A DNA stretch of 61,640 nucleotides, counting the filler, from Sanchytrium tribonematis (lineage: Eukaryota), in NCBI GenBank assembly GCA_018985235.1. It is 4 parts of 4 records of this genome, joined end to end, with 100 filler letters (N's around TTAATTAATTAA, not from the genome) between each part and the next. Parts side by side here need not be neighbours in the genome. Positions count along the whole stretch, not along the records: positions 15,492 to 30,880 come from JADGIG010000152.1; positions 30,981 to 46,302 come from JADGIG010000153.1; 2 more parts are not named here. One strand, 5' to 3'. Both the position numbers and the translations under genes were made by a program. Numbering within the stretch: position 1 is the first letter of the stretch; every line of letters begins with the position of its first letter. The notes under the pieces were generated by a model, which had not been told where the DNA came from, did not search any database, and saw only the letters and a program-made list of their open reading frames with translations. This document shows, in pieces, positions 21,655 to 33,541 of this stretch.

Positions 21655-21928
21655 ATAAATTATCTGATTAGTGCGTGTCAAGGGACATTTTCAGCAGATA
21701 ATATTTATGAGCAAAAGATTTAATAAGGGAGGCAAAAAGCCGCCTTTGAGTTCATCTTAAGGTTTGTAAATATCTGCAGAGTCTGATGTAAAGACTTTAA
21801 AAAAAGAAAAAATAATTGCAACAAGATTGCCAGTTATATTACTAGAATGCATGGTACTTTAATACTCTGACCGATTTTCAGATTTATGCATATCATAAAA
21901 CGTGTGGTGTATTTATTCTTTGTCAATC

Positions 21929-22567
21929 TTACTCGGACAATATTAGGAAGCATACTTTCTCGCACGAAATTTTAGCATTTTGAGTCAACCGGTTGCTAGT
22001 ACTGATAAAATGGCCAAAATATATTATATCATCGATATCCCATTGAAAACCGAAAGTTTGAATGCGATTTTCTTCGAATGAAACTAATCCAACAGAATAG
22101 TCCTTGTAGGTCTCATAATCGAGGTAATGTTGGCCACTTGAAAGAATCATTATTATGTTTCTGGTATCAAACAAAGTCACTTTACAATCAAAATGGTACT
22201 GTTGCAATGTATGTAAAATACTCAATGTATGGTCAAATCTTCCATCTAATCCTCCGAAAATCCGTATTTCGTCAACATTATTATATTCTTCTTTGATAAA
22301 ATTGAGGCACTTTTGAAAGTCAGTTGTATTTTGGCATGGATTAGAAATTACTTTCAAATTGCCTAAAGTCCACGTTTTGCCTTCGTATTTGTTATTTGCA
22401 ACGCTGTCGAAACTTGAAAGTGCATGAAAGGAATCCATATCACCAATTATAAAATCTGGATTCAATGTTTTTCTCTCATTTCCAGCTCCATCTGCACAGA
22501 TCCTCACATTCGATTCAAAATATTTCTCGTTGATGCTTTTTGGATTGAGTACAACACTAAAAATCAT
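21929..22567 (-). CDS. THI80: Thiamine pyrophosphokinase
   Basis: CADGAGN, PDFIIGDMDS, QNTTDFQKCL, GGLDGRFDHT, FGHFISTSN. Confidence 0.93.
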   Translation of the reverse strand: MIFSVVLNPKSINEKYFESNVRICADGAGNERKTLNPDFIIGDMDSFHALSSFDSVANNKYEGKTWTLGNLKVISNPCQNTTDFQKCLNFIKEEYNNVDEIRIFGGLDGRFDHTLSILHTLQQYHFDCKVTLFDTRNIIMILSSGQHYLDYETYKDYSVGLVSFEENRIQTFGFQWDIDDIIYFGHFISTSNRLTQNAKISCEKVCFLILSE

Positions 22568-22597
22568 ATGTATGAAAGTATTGTCCCTTTTTAAAAT

Positions 22598-23569
22598 CTA
22601 TCTCAGATGTTTATTACGATTTAGTTTTTTTGAGCTAAGACTTTTTCTCGCCTCACTTTTGGGAATTAATTCGACTTTTTGAAAAGATTTTATAGCCACA
22701 GAATAACCTTTGTAATCGTATTTTTCTTTTAATTTCTCTTTCACTTTCTTCAATAAGTCCGGCTTCGATGGGTCTTTGCATAATTTTAAAGCTTTTCGAT
22801 GAATGTAACGAAGCTTTTTCTGCACTTTTCCGCTACTTTCAAATGTATTCAATTCATTAAAAATTACTTTCGTCTTTTTTAAATCATGGTCTTGCAGTGG
22901 ACAATCTGGTACATCTACCTTTTCCCCATCATATACAGGGCCGGATTGAGTAAGTGTTACATCCGAATAATATTCTATCAAGGAGCTCTCTTTCTTCGCA
23001 TCATGCTGTTTGATTATTTCTTTCAGCTTCAATTGAATTTTTTCATTATAAGGGCAATCTGGATTCTGTTCCAAATAATTACTTCGATGGAAACCAGGGT
23101 AAACATGTGAAAATGGCCGCTCCGACTCTTTTGCGTTTAAATTCTGAATTCGCTTCAGTTGCTCTCTGTAAGCATCCAAAGATTGTGATCGATAATAACC
23201 TGCAAATTCTCTAGGACTGTCCACTAACTCAATCAAGGTCTCATCTTCGCTTCTTTTATTTAAACCTAATCGGAGCAACCTACAATAACCTCCAGCACGA
23301 TTTTTGTAACGCTGTCCTAGCACGCCAAATAATTGTGGTAATACAATGCTGGGTAAGAATACATCCGCTTTGGCAAGCTCATAAGATCGGGGAGTACCTA
23401 TTTTGGCTTTTGTAATTAGTGGCTCTGCAAATTTTCTCAATTCTTTGGCCTTGGCTGTTGTTGTGACAATTCGGTCTCGAAGAAACAACTGCGTTGCCAA
23501 ATTTCTTAGAAGAGCTCTACGGTGCTCCGCGTCTCTGCTCAATTTGGCAAATCCTTTCCCATGTCTCAT
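22598..23569 (-). CDS. MRPL17: Mitochondrial ribosomal protein L17 (bL17m) with C-terminal extension
   Basis: MRHGKGFAKLSRDAEHRRALLRNL, TTTAKAKELR, RYKNRAGGYCR. Confidence 0.9.
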   Translation of the reverse strand: MRHGKGFAKLSRDAEHRRALLRNLATQLFLRDRIVTTTAKAKELRKFAEPLITKAKIGTPRSYELAKADVFLPSIVLPQLFGVLGQRYKNRAGGYCRLLRLGLNKRSEDETLIELVDSPREFAGYYRSQSLDAYREQLKRIQNLNAKESERPFSHVYPGFHRSNYLEQNPDCPYNEKIQLKLKEIIKQHDAKKESSLIEYYSDVTLTQSGPVYDGEKVDVPDCPLQDHDLKKTKVIFNELNTFESSGKVQKKLRYIHRKALKLCKDPSKPDLLKKVKEKLKEKYDYKGYSVAIKSFQKVELIPKSEARKSLSSKKLNRNKHLR

Positions 23570-23573
23570 TCTT

Positions 23574-23894
23574 ATGTTACAAGGGATCAATAGAAAAGTA
23601 CCATTGTACCATCAAAAACCTCTTCGCAATCAGATCTATCTTACTCGCAAGCATCCTAAAAGATACTGTAATGAAATATTAAGGCTTTTAAAAGATTTTG
23701 ACACTGTTGAACTGTTTTCAAGTGGGGCGGCGATTCATACATTGTGCTGCGTCAAAATGGAGATAGAGAGACTGATATATCTACCAGTCAATGTTCCAAA
23801 TTTATTGATCGAGATTTCTTGTTCGATTAAGACCTACACAATAGACCAGGATAAAAAACTAAATGGTGTTGTGCTTGAAATTACTAAAAAATAA
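23574..23894 (+). CDS. Alba-fold RNase P/MRP subunit, Rpp20/Pop7-like
   Basis: NQIYLTRK...ILRLL...VELFSSGAAI...TYTIDQD...NGVVLEI follows the Pop7/Rpp20 pattern. Confidence 0.6.
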   Translation: MLQGINRKVPLYHQKPLRNQIYLTRKHPKRYCNEILRLLKDFDTVELFSSGAAIHTLCCVKMEIERLIYLPVNVPNLLIEISCSIKTYTIDQDKKLNGVVLEITKK

Positions 23895-23907
23895 ACTTTT
23901 GCCCCTT

Positions 23908-24991
23908 ATGGCAACTTACTATGCTTCCGTAGATATCAACGGTATTGATGTGGAGGAAGATTTGGCAAAAGCAATAGTAGATCCAATTTTCAAGTCCAGC
24001 GACTTGCATAGAACAGCACAATATTTACGATCTTTAGGAGTCCAAGCAATTTTTACAAAAGATGGTGATCATTTGGACATACAATGCAAAGAAATGAAGA
24101 AATTGAAATTGGGTGTTGGTACGGAGGTATCCCAACAAGATGTAACTCTTGGACTCAGCTTAGTTGCAAATAATTTAAGAAAAAGACTAGATAATCTTCA
24201 ATTCAAAGCCAATTTTGGTCAATGGACAAGGGGCCTATTTGAGTTGCAATACAAGATACCATTGCAGAGCAATCTTCTATCCAGAATGGTACACTCATTA
24301 AGATTTGGTAATATCACCATGCCTACTAAAATGTATGAAAGATCCGTAACTTCCAAATACATTGTTGAACATGAAAGCCTCCCACTTACCTACTCCATTG
24401 GGCCCGAGATCAGTTTGAGGGATCATTTAGAGTATTCTCAAATGGGTGGTGTTGGTCATGAAGTAGCATTTGACTCTAGGGATAAAGCCTTGCCATCAAA
24501 GGGAATTAATTTTAAAATTGGTCAATTCATCGGAATGTGGGAGCCTCACACCTTTGTCAAAAATTATTGCTATTTTTCTATCACAAAATCGTTATTTAAT
24601 CTAGTACCTCTTTTTCATTTAGAGTTTGCAAGCCACTATTCGAGCAAATGATGTAAGTGGCAAACATCATGTAATAGACAAAATATACAGTGGAGGTCCT
24701 TGTTCTATAAGAGGATACCCTGTTGGAAAAATTGTAAAAGATCAATTTATTGAAAGCGGACTCAATTTGTTTGGACCCTGGCTGGCTTTTATTAGACCAT
24801 TTGGATTTCTTAATTATGGCTCCTCTCTGAATCAAATCAAATCTTCTGAATATGGGTACGGATCCTATGGCGGTGGAATCGCAATTGGGTTTGGTTTGAT
24901 AAGAGGAGAAATATACTATTGTAAGAAGCTAAATGTGAAAGATGAGTTAGAAGAGCGTATCCACATTGGGCTTGGAATGGAATTTCTCTAG
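23908..24991 (+). CDS. SAM50: Sam50/Omp85 mitochondrial outer-membrane beta-barrel; 19-nt intron 24604-24622
   Basis: FDSRD..PSKG, DKIYSGGPCSIRGY, C-terminal beta-signal IHIGLGMEFL; intron gtacctctttttcatttag joins the frames. Confidence 0.88.
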
Positions 24992-24995
24992 TAAA

Positions 24996-25523
24996 TCATT
25001 TTTTCGATGAGTATTCAGGAACTGGATCTACATCCTCCAGATTATATAAATTGTCATATTGTGGTAGCTCAGTTGGATTTTGCGGTCTCGACTTAAGTTG
25101 AATCATCATTGCATGAAATTCGAATGATTTCTTATCGTGGAAATAGAGTTTCATAAATGCGTTTCTGTCTAACATATACACTTTAGGGGACTGAATCACT
25201 TCCTGTTGCGTAGGTTTGATGCTGCAAGTAAGAAGTTCCACTTTCGAAAAAATACCTTCAGATGTTAGCGTGGGCGACTCAATAAAATGCAGGGGAACTG
25301 ATAAGGATTGAAAATACTCATTTGAGGTATTAGGAATATAAATGATTCTTCTATTGGTCAGAAAGAGTGTTCCTAAATTTGCAAAATAATTGCCCTTTTG
25401 GCCGGGAAAACCTTCACCAGAAACTAAATCCAATTGGACTTTTTCAGTAGTGTTGTAGATCTTCTCCATATCCCCCATTATAGGCAATTTGGATGAATTC
25501 AACGTAACAGAATTGACTGACAT
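24996..25523 (-). CDS. WBP2-like GRAM-domain protein
   Basis: GTLFLTNRRIIYIP, FQSLSVPL; PxY-like tail motifs LPQY and VPEY. Confidence 0.7.
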   Translation of the reverse strand: MSVNSVTLNSSKLPIMGDMEKIYNTTEKVQLDLVSGEGFPGQKGNYFANLGTLFLTNRRIIYIPNTSNEYFQSLSVPLHFIESPTLTSEGIFSKVELLTCSIKPTQQEVIQSPKVYMLDRNAFMKLYFHDKKSFEFHAMMIQLKSRPQNPTELPQYDNLYNLEDVDPVPEYSSKK

Positions 25524-25672
25524 TTTCACGTTAGAAAAACTCCTTGTTTTTTGTGCGCTACTCAAGTGTAAAAGGGCAGGTCTCAATTTTGCTAAATTTT
25601 CTAAAACAAAAATAAATCCAGATTTGGTCTTGATTTAAGTGAAGAGATGCAACTGCAAAAGTTTATTATGGA

Positions 25673-26110
25673 TTAATTATTACTTCTTCGTCTTGTCACT
25701 TTTGATGCTGCTTCAAAAATTTCATTTTTGTCATTTGTTCCTATTTGCTTTAAAAACACATGACATCTGATTAGGTGGGATCTCATAGCGTCAGCTCTAC
25801 CTTTAGTTTTAAGGCTTTTCCCGCAATATGGACAAGGCTCTCTGGCGGAGTGTACATTTCTAAGGTGCCTAACGACAGAAGATCTCTCTGTGAATGCGGT
25901 ATTACAAATAGAGCACAAAAATTGACGTCGACTTGCATCCATAGTGTATTGAGACTCAATATCAGTCAAGCTTGTAGTTCTTGTATTAATATTTGGTGTA
26001 CTAATGGTATTAAAACTACCTGTATCATCTGGGTATGAAGCTCTTCTTCTTTGTTCTTCTGGTATATTGTCTAATGCGCTTGGATCTTCCAAAATATCGC
26101 GCAAAGACAT
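25673..26110 (-). CDS. C2H2 zinc-finger protein
   Basis: FLCSICNTAFTERSSVVRHLRNVH and CPYCGKSL...MRSHL..C. Confidence 0.85.
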   Translation of the reverse strand: MSLRDILEDPSALDNIPEEQRRRASYPDDTGSFNTISTPNINTRTTSLTDIESQYTMDASRRQFLCSICNTAFTERSSVVRHLRNVHSAREPCPYCGKSLKTKGRADAMRSHLIRCHVFLKQIGTNDKNEIFEAASKVTRRRSNN

Positions 26111-26182
26111 TTGCAACGGGATTGAAAGGGTGGAAACAAATAAAAATATATTGGACCCCTCGTACTCTCAGCACTGCCAAAT

Positions 26183-27376
26183 TTATTCATCTCTGGAGGT
26201 TCCAGTCATAATATCCTCGTCTAGCCATTCTGGGGCCATTACTTGGATTTTTAAAGAAGGCGAAACAATTGCACATAATTTGGAGTGCGGCATGAATTCG
26301 CCATCAAGATCCATGAGAGTCTTATTCGTTGTAGGAGTAAGTGTGTATTCAGTCGTTTTGACATAAGTCCATTTAATAGATTTAAACTTTTTAGCATCCC
26401 GACCATCTAGTAACATTTTTAAGCCATTTTTGATGCTTAATTTGTTATGCAAAATATGTATATAACCATCACTCAGTCTTGCATATGGGCACCCAAAATG
26501 TTCTTCATCTAGAAAAGGTAAGCTCAACGCTAGAAAGCAAGTCATATTAATTTTTTCTTCTTTAAAAGTGTTTCCTTGACGATAAGATAGAACTCCTTCA
26601 TAGTTCTTCTTGCGTAAAAGGTAGTAGACCGCAGCGATTTCTGTCCGCAACCTTCCCATGCATCTAAATTTCTCACTGCCTAAATCTATGTCGCTTAAAA
26701 GTCCCCAGAAAAACCCAAGAAGCGAATAGTACTGTAATGTATTAAATGTGTACTTGGTTAAATCCAACTGTTTAGTTTGGCCGAAAATTGCTGTCAAAAG
26801 CGCTATTTCAAAGTCTAAGCAATCTAGACAGGTTGCTAGTGCATTACCAGTTCCAGCTTTAATGACTGCAATAGGTATATCAAGGGTCTGCTTTTTGACA
26901 GATACTTGCAGGTAATCAAATATTAAACCATCTCCGCTAATGAAAATAATTTTGGAATACATGGCAAAATTAATTTCGTCTATATGTCTTTGAGACTTGG
27001 TGATAATTATAGTGAAATTCAGATTCATTAGTTTCAACAATGGCTCGACTTTATCGATTATCTTCCGACCTTTTTTCTTTCCGCTTTTAGGATTAACCAG
27101 AACAAGAATATGATTATTTTGATTTTGTAGCTCAGAAGTTCGGTTTGAGCGAATTTCAATGAGATTGTCTGAGTTTTCACACTGTTCAACTGTCTCCAGG
27201 CTGTATCTCTTGACTGCGGCCTTCCTATTAGTATTTTTTACAATAAATGAAAATTTAACAATTTTTTTTGAAGTTTCGTCCGTGATAGGTAATAAGTCTT
27301 TCAAAGCTACCTCTAGTGACTTGTATTCGTTGTTAACTGCAGTGGAAACCCCAAAATAAGTCAAAAAAATTTTCAT
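26183..27376 (-). CDS. Sphingosine/long-chain-base kinase (DAGK family)
   Basis: LVLVNPKSGKKKG, SGDGLI, AGTGNAL, WGLLSDID, SEKFRCMG, DLDGE. Confidence 0.9.
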   Translation of the reverse strand: MKIFLTYFGVSTAVNNEYKSLEVALKDLLPITDETSKKIVKFSFIVKNTNRKAAVKRYSLETVEQCENSDNLIEIRSNRTSELQNQNNHILVLVNPKSGKKKGRKIIDKVEPLLKLMNLNFTIIITKSQRHIDEINFAMYSKIIFISGDGLIFDYLQVSVKKQTLDIPIAVIKAGTGNALATCLDCLDFEIALLTAIFGQTKQLDLTKYTFNTLQYYSLLGFFWGLLSDIDLGSEKFRCMGRLRTEIAAVYYLLRKKNYEGVLSYRQGNTFKEEKINMTCFLALSLPFLDEEHFGCPYARLSDGYIHILHNKLSIKNGLKMLLDGRDAKKFKSIKWTYVKTTEYTLTPTTNKTLMDLDGEFMPHSKLCAIVSPSLKIQVMAPEWLDEDIMTGTSRDE

Positions 27377-27569
27377 GATTGAAGCCGTAAAAAGGGAGCG
27401 TTTTAGACCAATATTTTGGTTGTTTTATTTAAAAGAAATCCGTAATGCCAGGATAAAAGCCATTGAAAACATTGAGCAAGTTCCGCCTTGTTCCCAAGTA
27501 ATTTAATTTCACCAATCAAATGCTCCTTGAGACTATTTTAAGAATTGGGACTCTCCGAACTCAACACGG

Positions 27570-30413
27570 ATGCTGATTCAAATCCAACCTGCCCACTATT
27601 CAATTCAAAACGATGAAGTTATATTTGAGATCAGACTATTGAAATTATTAAATCTTTACAACGATATCACAGTATCAAGAGACCTAATTGAGTGCGATCA
27701 GTTGCACGAGCTACTTGGCAGGCTAAAGGAGCATGATTTCGAATACAATACTATTGAAGTTATTAAACTAAGAATATTTGGGATGACATGTACAAGTTGC
27801 AGTGGGGCCATTGAGGAAAATGTCGGAATTATGGAAGGAATTTACAATTGTGTCGTGAACTTGGCACTAGAATATTGTATTGTTAAATTTAACAAAAAAA
27901 TTATAGGGGTGCGTGATATTATTACTAGGATCGAAGAACTTGGGTTTGATGTTTTAATGATGGACATGAGCGCCTCAATACAATTGGAGCACCTACAAAA
28001 GACTAAGGACATTATTGAATTAAGATCTGCATTTCAAAAAAGTTTAATCTTTTCTATACCTAATATGTTATTAATGTTTATAAACAATGGCCCAGAGTTG
28101 TATCACATTTATGTCACCCATTTTATACAATTTATTTTAGCAACAATTTCAATGTGTACAGTCGGAAAAAGGTTTTATTATCATGCCTACAAAGGTCTGC
28201 TAAACAACTCATTTACAATGGATACCCTAGTTTCGTTAGGAACTCTTTCTGCCTATTTATTCAGCGTAATTATGATGATACACAGGATATCTCATTCAGA
28301 CGAGCATTTAATTGTGTTTTTTGACACAACCACAATGTTAATTACTTTTATTTTACTGGGCAAATTTCTGGAGACTAGTGCAAAAGCTAAAACCAGCACA
28401 GCTTTGGGAAATTTGTTGCAACTTAGGCCTGAAAATGCTACTCTAGTTGAATGGAACGAAAAAGGAAAGCTCATGAATTTCGATTACAAGCCAGATTTTA
28501 ATTACTGGTTTAACATCTGGGAAATGTGCTCAATTGACCAGCTGGTCCACAAGCAAAAATCGATATCAACAGATTTAATTCAAAATGGTGATATTATTTG
28601 TGTACTTGCGGGAGAAAGAATTCCTGCAGACGGGTTCGTAATTCATGGTAATACCAGTGTGGATGAAAGTTTAATAACTGGGGAAACCCTCCCGATTGAA
28701 AAAAATATTGGGGATCATGTGATAGCAGGTAGCATCAACGGAAATGGTGTGTTTAGAATGTATGCTGATGCAGTTGGTAATGACACAACGCTAAGTCGAA
28801 TTATTCACTTGGTGGAGAAAGCCCAAAGCGTTAAAGCACCTATCGAATATGTCAGTGATGCAATTGCGAGTATCTTTGTTCCTGTAGTTGTCTCCTTGGC
28901 TATTTTAACTTTTATTTCTTGGTACATAATCTTGAGTGTGTTTACACCAGCAGATAGTTTTTTCGAACATCTTGGAACGCACGGTAGAGCAGACACTTTA
29001 TTTCTTTGTGTAAAAATTTGTATATCTGTGGTAGTGATAGCTTGTCCTTGCACTCTTGGTCTGGCTACTCCAACTGCAGTCATGGTCGGTACCGGTGTGT
29101 CTGCTAATTTAGGCATCCTTATTAAGGGTGGTAGTAGTTTGGAAGGCGCAAACAATATTACCACTCTCGTATTTGATAAAACTGGAACTTTGACATCCGG
29201 CAAAATGAGTGTGCAACGCTCTTTTATTCTTGAAAATAAGGATAAAATATCAGAGAGACTTTTTTGGACTTTATTGGCTGCTGCAGAACTTAATAGTGAG
29301 CATCCTATTGGCAGATCCATTGTGGAATATAGTCGAAAATGCCTGAACCTAGCAAGAAATCAGATAAGGCAAGTTGTGAATTCTACCAAAGTGGATATAC
29401 TTCCAGGGCTCGGTATAAAATTAATTTGTAAGGTTGATTCGAATTACAGCAACCCATCCAGTCCTTTGAATTCCCCTAAAATATCTAAAAAAGCAGATAC
29501 AGCTTTTTCTGATCACCACGGTGAACATTTTGAGGTTTTAGTTGGTAATGCGAAATTAATGAAAAAGTCGGGAATTGATGGCAGCTTATTGCAAAGTTTT
29601 TTCGAAGATGAGTCTATGTTGGGCCATACTGTCATATTTGTTGCGCTAAATAATAAGCTAGCTGGATGCGTGAGCGTTGGTGACGAACTAAAGCCATTTG
29701 CGAGGGAAACTGTTGAAGGACTAGAGATGATGGGAATTGAGGTAATAATGTGCACTGGAGATAATTCGATAACCGCCAATGCTGTTGCCAGTAAGTGTGG
29801 GATCACCGAGGTTTTTGCTGAAGTAAGCCCACAAGGAAAAGCCCAGATTATAAAAGAAATTAAGTCAAGAAAATCCTATCGTAAAATCTCTTATTTCGAT
29901 AAATTTCTGAACAGGTTTCGTCAAGATGTGGATGATAGACAAGTTGTCGGCTTTTGTGGCGATGGAATTAATGATTCCATTGCATTAGCTGAATCAGACA
30001 TTGGAATCTCGCTAGGAAGTGGATCTGACATTGCAATGGAAACTGCAGATATAATTTTGATGAAATCAGAGCTTTTGGATGTTGTGACGAGTATTGATTT
30101 AAGTCGAAATATATTTAAAAGGATTAAGTTGAATTTTCTTTGGGCATTTTCATACAATATGGTGTCCATTCCTCTGGCCATGGGAGTAGGTATTCCATTT
30201 GGGTTATTTTTACACCCAATGACTGCTGGTGCTGCAATGGCGTTTAGTTCTGTGAGTGTCGTGACATCCTCATTGATGTTAAAATTTTATAAAGTCCCAA
30301 CCTGGATATTAAAGCTCAAAGGTGAAATTGTACATTACTACTTGTTGGAAAGAACAGTCATGAAATTTAATGGCTTATTTTCTAATAATAGCGAATATTA
30401 TCCTTTACAATAA
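27570..30413 (+). CDS. P1B-type copper-transporting ATPase (Ccc2/ATP7-like)
   Basis: GMTCTSC, TGE, CPC, DKTGT, SEHP, TGDN, GDGIND, YN, M..SS. Confidence 0.96.
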   Translation: MLIQIQPAHYSIQNDEVIFEIRLLKLLNLYNDITVSRDLIECDQLHELLGRLKEHDFEYNTIEVIKLRIFGMTCTSCSGAIEENVGIMEGIYNCVVNLALEYCIVKFNKKIIGVRDIITRIEELGFDVLMMDMSASIQLEHLQKTKDIIELRSAFQKSLIFSIPNMLLMFINNGPELYHIYVTHFIQFILATISMCTVGKRFYYHAYKGLLNNSFTMDTLVSLGTLSAYLFSVIMMIHRISHSDEHLIVFFDTTTMLITFILLGKFLETSAKAKTSTALGNLLQLRPENATLVEWNEKGKLMNFDYKPDFNYWFNIWEMCSIDQLVHKQKSISTDLIQNGDIICVLAGERIPADGFVIHGNTSVDESLITGETLPIEKNIGDHVIAGSINGNGVFRMYADAVGNDTTLSRIIHLVEKAQSVKAPIEYVSDAIASIFVPVVVSLAILTFISWYIILSVFTPADSFFEHLGTHGRADTLFLCVKICISVVVIACPCTLGLATPTAVMVGTGVSANLGILIKGGSSLEGANNITTLVFDKTGTLTSGKMSVQRSFILENKDKISERLFWTLLAAAELNSEHPIGRSIVEYSRKCLNLARNQIRQVVNSTKVDILPGLGIKLICKVDSNYSNPSSPLNSPKISKKADTAFSDHHGEHFEVLVGNAKLMKKSGIDGSLLQSFFEDESMLGHTVIFVALNNKLAGCVSVGDELKPFARETVEGLEMMGIEVIMCTGDNSITANAVASKCGITEVFAEVSPQGKAQIIKEIKSRKSYRKISYFDKFLNRFRQDVDDRQVVGFCGDGINDSIALAESDIGISLGSGSDIAMETADIILMKSELLDVVTSIDLSRNIFKRIKLNFLWAFSYNMVSIPLAMGVGIPFGLFLHPMTAGAAMAFSSVSVVTSSLMLKFYKVPTWILKLKGEIVHYYLLERTVMKFNGLFSNNSEYYPLQ

Positions 30414-30434
30414 ACTTTTTAATTTTTAAAACAC

Positions 30435-30880
30435 ATGCACCCTTCTATCACAGACCAACTCTCCAGAATTCAAAAGCATAAGTACCAGCGGTGGTTAATT
30501 TTCTTTTTATTAGAAGGAGCTTTTGCCTTGAGAATGATACTGTATCAAGGATTTTACGTAATAGGATATATTCAAGGATTGACAATTTTAAATCTATTTT
30601 TTGAAAGTATATACAGTGCTACTTCTTCGGATGGTCAAGAGAATCAAGAGGAGAACGTAAGAGAGATTCCTCTGCATTCTATCAAAGAGGTCGAGGAGCC
30701 AATAAGTCCCATCCAGACTACTCCTGGTTCAATTGAACTAAGTGGTGATGTCAAACTTTGGTTTTCTTGTATGGTTACCGTTGTAATCTCCTTGATCTGT
30801 GCTTTTATTCCTGGTCTAGACATACCTGTATTTTGGCCGCTTTTATTAGTTTATTTCTTATTAATATTTTTCTTTACCAT
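30435..30880 (+). CDS. RER1: Rer1-like retrieval receptor, 3' truncated
   Basis: QRW, QGFYVIGY..GL.ILNLF, KLWFS, DIPVFWPLLLVYF. Confidence 0.85.
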
Positions 30881-30980
30881 NNNNNNNNNNNNNNNNNNNN
30901 NNNNNNNNNNNNNNNNNNNNNNNNTTAATTAATTAANNNNNNNNNNNNNNNNNNNNNNNNNNNNNNNNNNNNNNNNNNNN
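30881..30980. other. Artificial contig spacer
   Basis: 44 N + TTAATTAATTAA + 44 N. Confidence 0.98.
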
Positions 30981-31123
30981 CCCATTCCAACCATAATACC
31001 TTGGTGTCTTGGACGACCGACGATAGATGGGAAAACAGCTCTTGGTGCGTCATCACCAGCAAAACCGGCTTTACACATACCAGATCCGTTATCAATAACC
31101 AATGCAGAAACTTCTTGACTCAT
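30981..31123 (-). CDS. ACT: Actin paralogue A, 5' part only (runs into contig end)
   Basis: [47 protein letters not shown]; two synonymous differences from the 31781 copy (GGTTTT vs GGATTC). Confidence 0.93.
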
Positions 31124-31149
31124 TGCGCACGGACTTCGACGCGTCCACT

Positions 31150-31159
31150 TTTATACCCC
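31150..31159 (-). promoter_or_regulatory. TATA element of actin A
   Basis: GGGGTATAAA ending 27 nt before the ATG, same sequence and spacing as in actin B. Confidence 0.65.
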
Positions 31160-31272
31160 ATCAATGGCCGATGATTGGTATACAAATTTTAAATATAAAA
31201 ATTCAAAAATGTTCAAGTCTAATCGAAGTAAATAGCGTAGTGAAATTTTTATTTGATATTTCAAACAAAAAC

Positions 31273-31539
31273 TTATGTCAGGTCTGAGGTTGCAATTAGC
31301 GGCTGAATCAATGTAATGCATTCACCTTTAAGCAACAATTGCCCAAGTTCTTTTCGATCGTTCGTCTTAGCATTTATCTCGAGACATTCATCTACTACCA
31401 CGTTCAAAAATTCATCAAATCCTTTTATGTAACCCTGGAGCATTACGTTTGGGTTGTCGTATAGCCAAATCTGGACGTGTTCTTTCTGTTGCAAATAATT
31501 AAATAGTACATGAATTGGTTGAACGAGTTGTCGTGACAT
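31273..31539 (-). CDS. SNRPE: snRNP core protein SmE
   Basis: VQPIHVLFNYLQ..VQIWLY..GYIKGFDEFLNVVVD..LGQLLLKGECITLIQ. Confidence 0.93.
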   Translation of the reverse strand: MSRQLVQPIHVLFNYLQQKEHVQIWLYDNPNVMLQGYIKGFDEFLNVVVDECLEINAKTNDRKELGQLLLKGECITLIQPLIATSDLT

Positions 31540-31744
31540 TTCTCCCTTTGTATCGACGCTCAGAATTGGCGAAGCTATTCAATATTTGCAAATTATTTCC
31601 AAAAAAAATTAAAATTTCCAAAATTTCAACCGCATAAAGGTATCAATTAGAGGAACGCTTTCTGTTAGGTTCAATTCAGAGGTTATTAAACGTGATCAAC
31701 GTGCTTGAAGACAAAACATGTCTAACCAATCAACAAAAGGATTC

Positions 31745-32928
<1,184 letters not shown>

Positions 32929-32964
32929 GTCGTTTTGCAAATAAACAGTGTCATAGCATTGCAT

Positions 32965-33204
32965 TTATTTTGATTTTTGTTCCAGTGTATTAACGTTGTG
33001 AGATACCGAGGTTACACTTGTTCCTCTAACGATCAATGAGCCTACTTGTCTCCCATCAAATATACCATTCTCAATATTCAAATTTAGTAATTGATCGAAG
33101 CCACGTAACGTTCCCTCTACCACATGATCCCCTAAACAATCAACAAAGACAGGTTCATTCAACAAATTATCCAACTGAAATACAGAAGATTTCTGTTTTG
33201 ACAT
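32965..33204 (-). CDS. Sm-like protein (Lsm7/SmG-like)
   Basis: VEGTLRGFDQLLNL (Sm1) and VGSLIVRGTSV (Sm2). Confidence 0.85.
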   Translation of the reverse strand: MSKQKSSVFQLDNLLNEPVFVDCLGDHVVEGTLRGFDQLLNLNIENGIFDGRQVGSLIVRGTSVTSVSHNVNTLEQKSK

Positions 33205-33212
33205 GGGGTTTA

Positions 33213-33533
33213 TTAAACAGCTAGAACCAATATCAAAAGCACAATCAAAACGATGGTCAATATAAATATTTTACAATTTTGTTTATCCTGTATTAGTACC
33301 TGGTCAATTCTTTTCATCGCGACGCCAACTTTGCTCTGGGTTTGAGTTGTTTGATGGTCTAAATTTTCAAGTAATAAATGTTGGTCGTCTAATTCACTAT
33401 TCATGTCCACTGCAATTTGTCTAATGTTTTTGATAGTTGAACCAAGCTGGTTAATGTGCTGACTTTTTTCGAATTCTTGCTGGTTCATGGAATGGGTAAT
33501 TTTGTTTGAAGCGCGAGAAACAGTCTGAAACAA
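33213..33533 (-). CDS. Small Qc-type SNARE with C-terminal TM anchor (start uncertain)
   Basis: LGSTIKNIRQIAVDMNSELDDQHLLLENL heptads with zero-layer Q; TM IFILTIVLIVLLILVLAV. Confidence 0.8.
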   Translation of the reverse strand: MFQTVSRASNKITHSMNQQEFEKSQHINQLGSTIKNIRQIAVDMNSELDDQHLLLENLDHQTTQTQSKVGVAMKRIDQVLIQDKQNCKIFILTIVLIVLLILVLAV

Positions 33534-33541
33534 AAATTAAT

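Noticed and set aside
21929..23569. L17-thiamine pyrophosphokinase readthrough fusion (TAG in frame with the downstream ATG, no intervening stop)
   Set aside because: A one-in-three frame coincidence over only 10 codons; the kinase has its own ATG with an upstream GGG signal and the functions are unrelated
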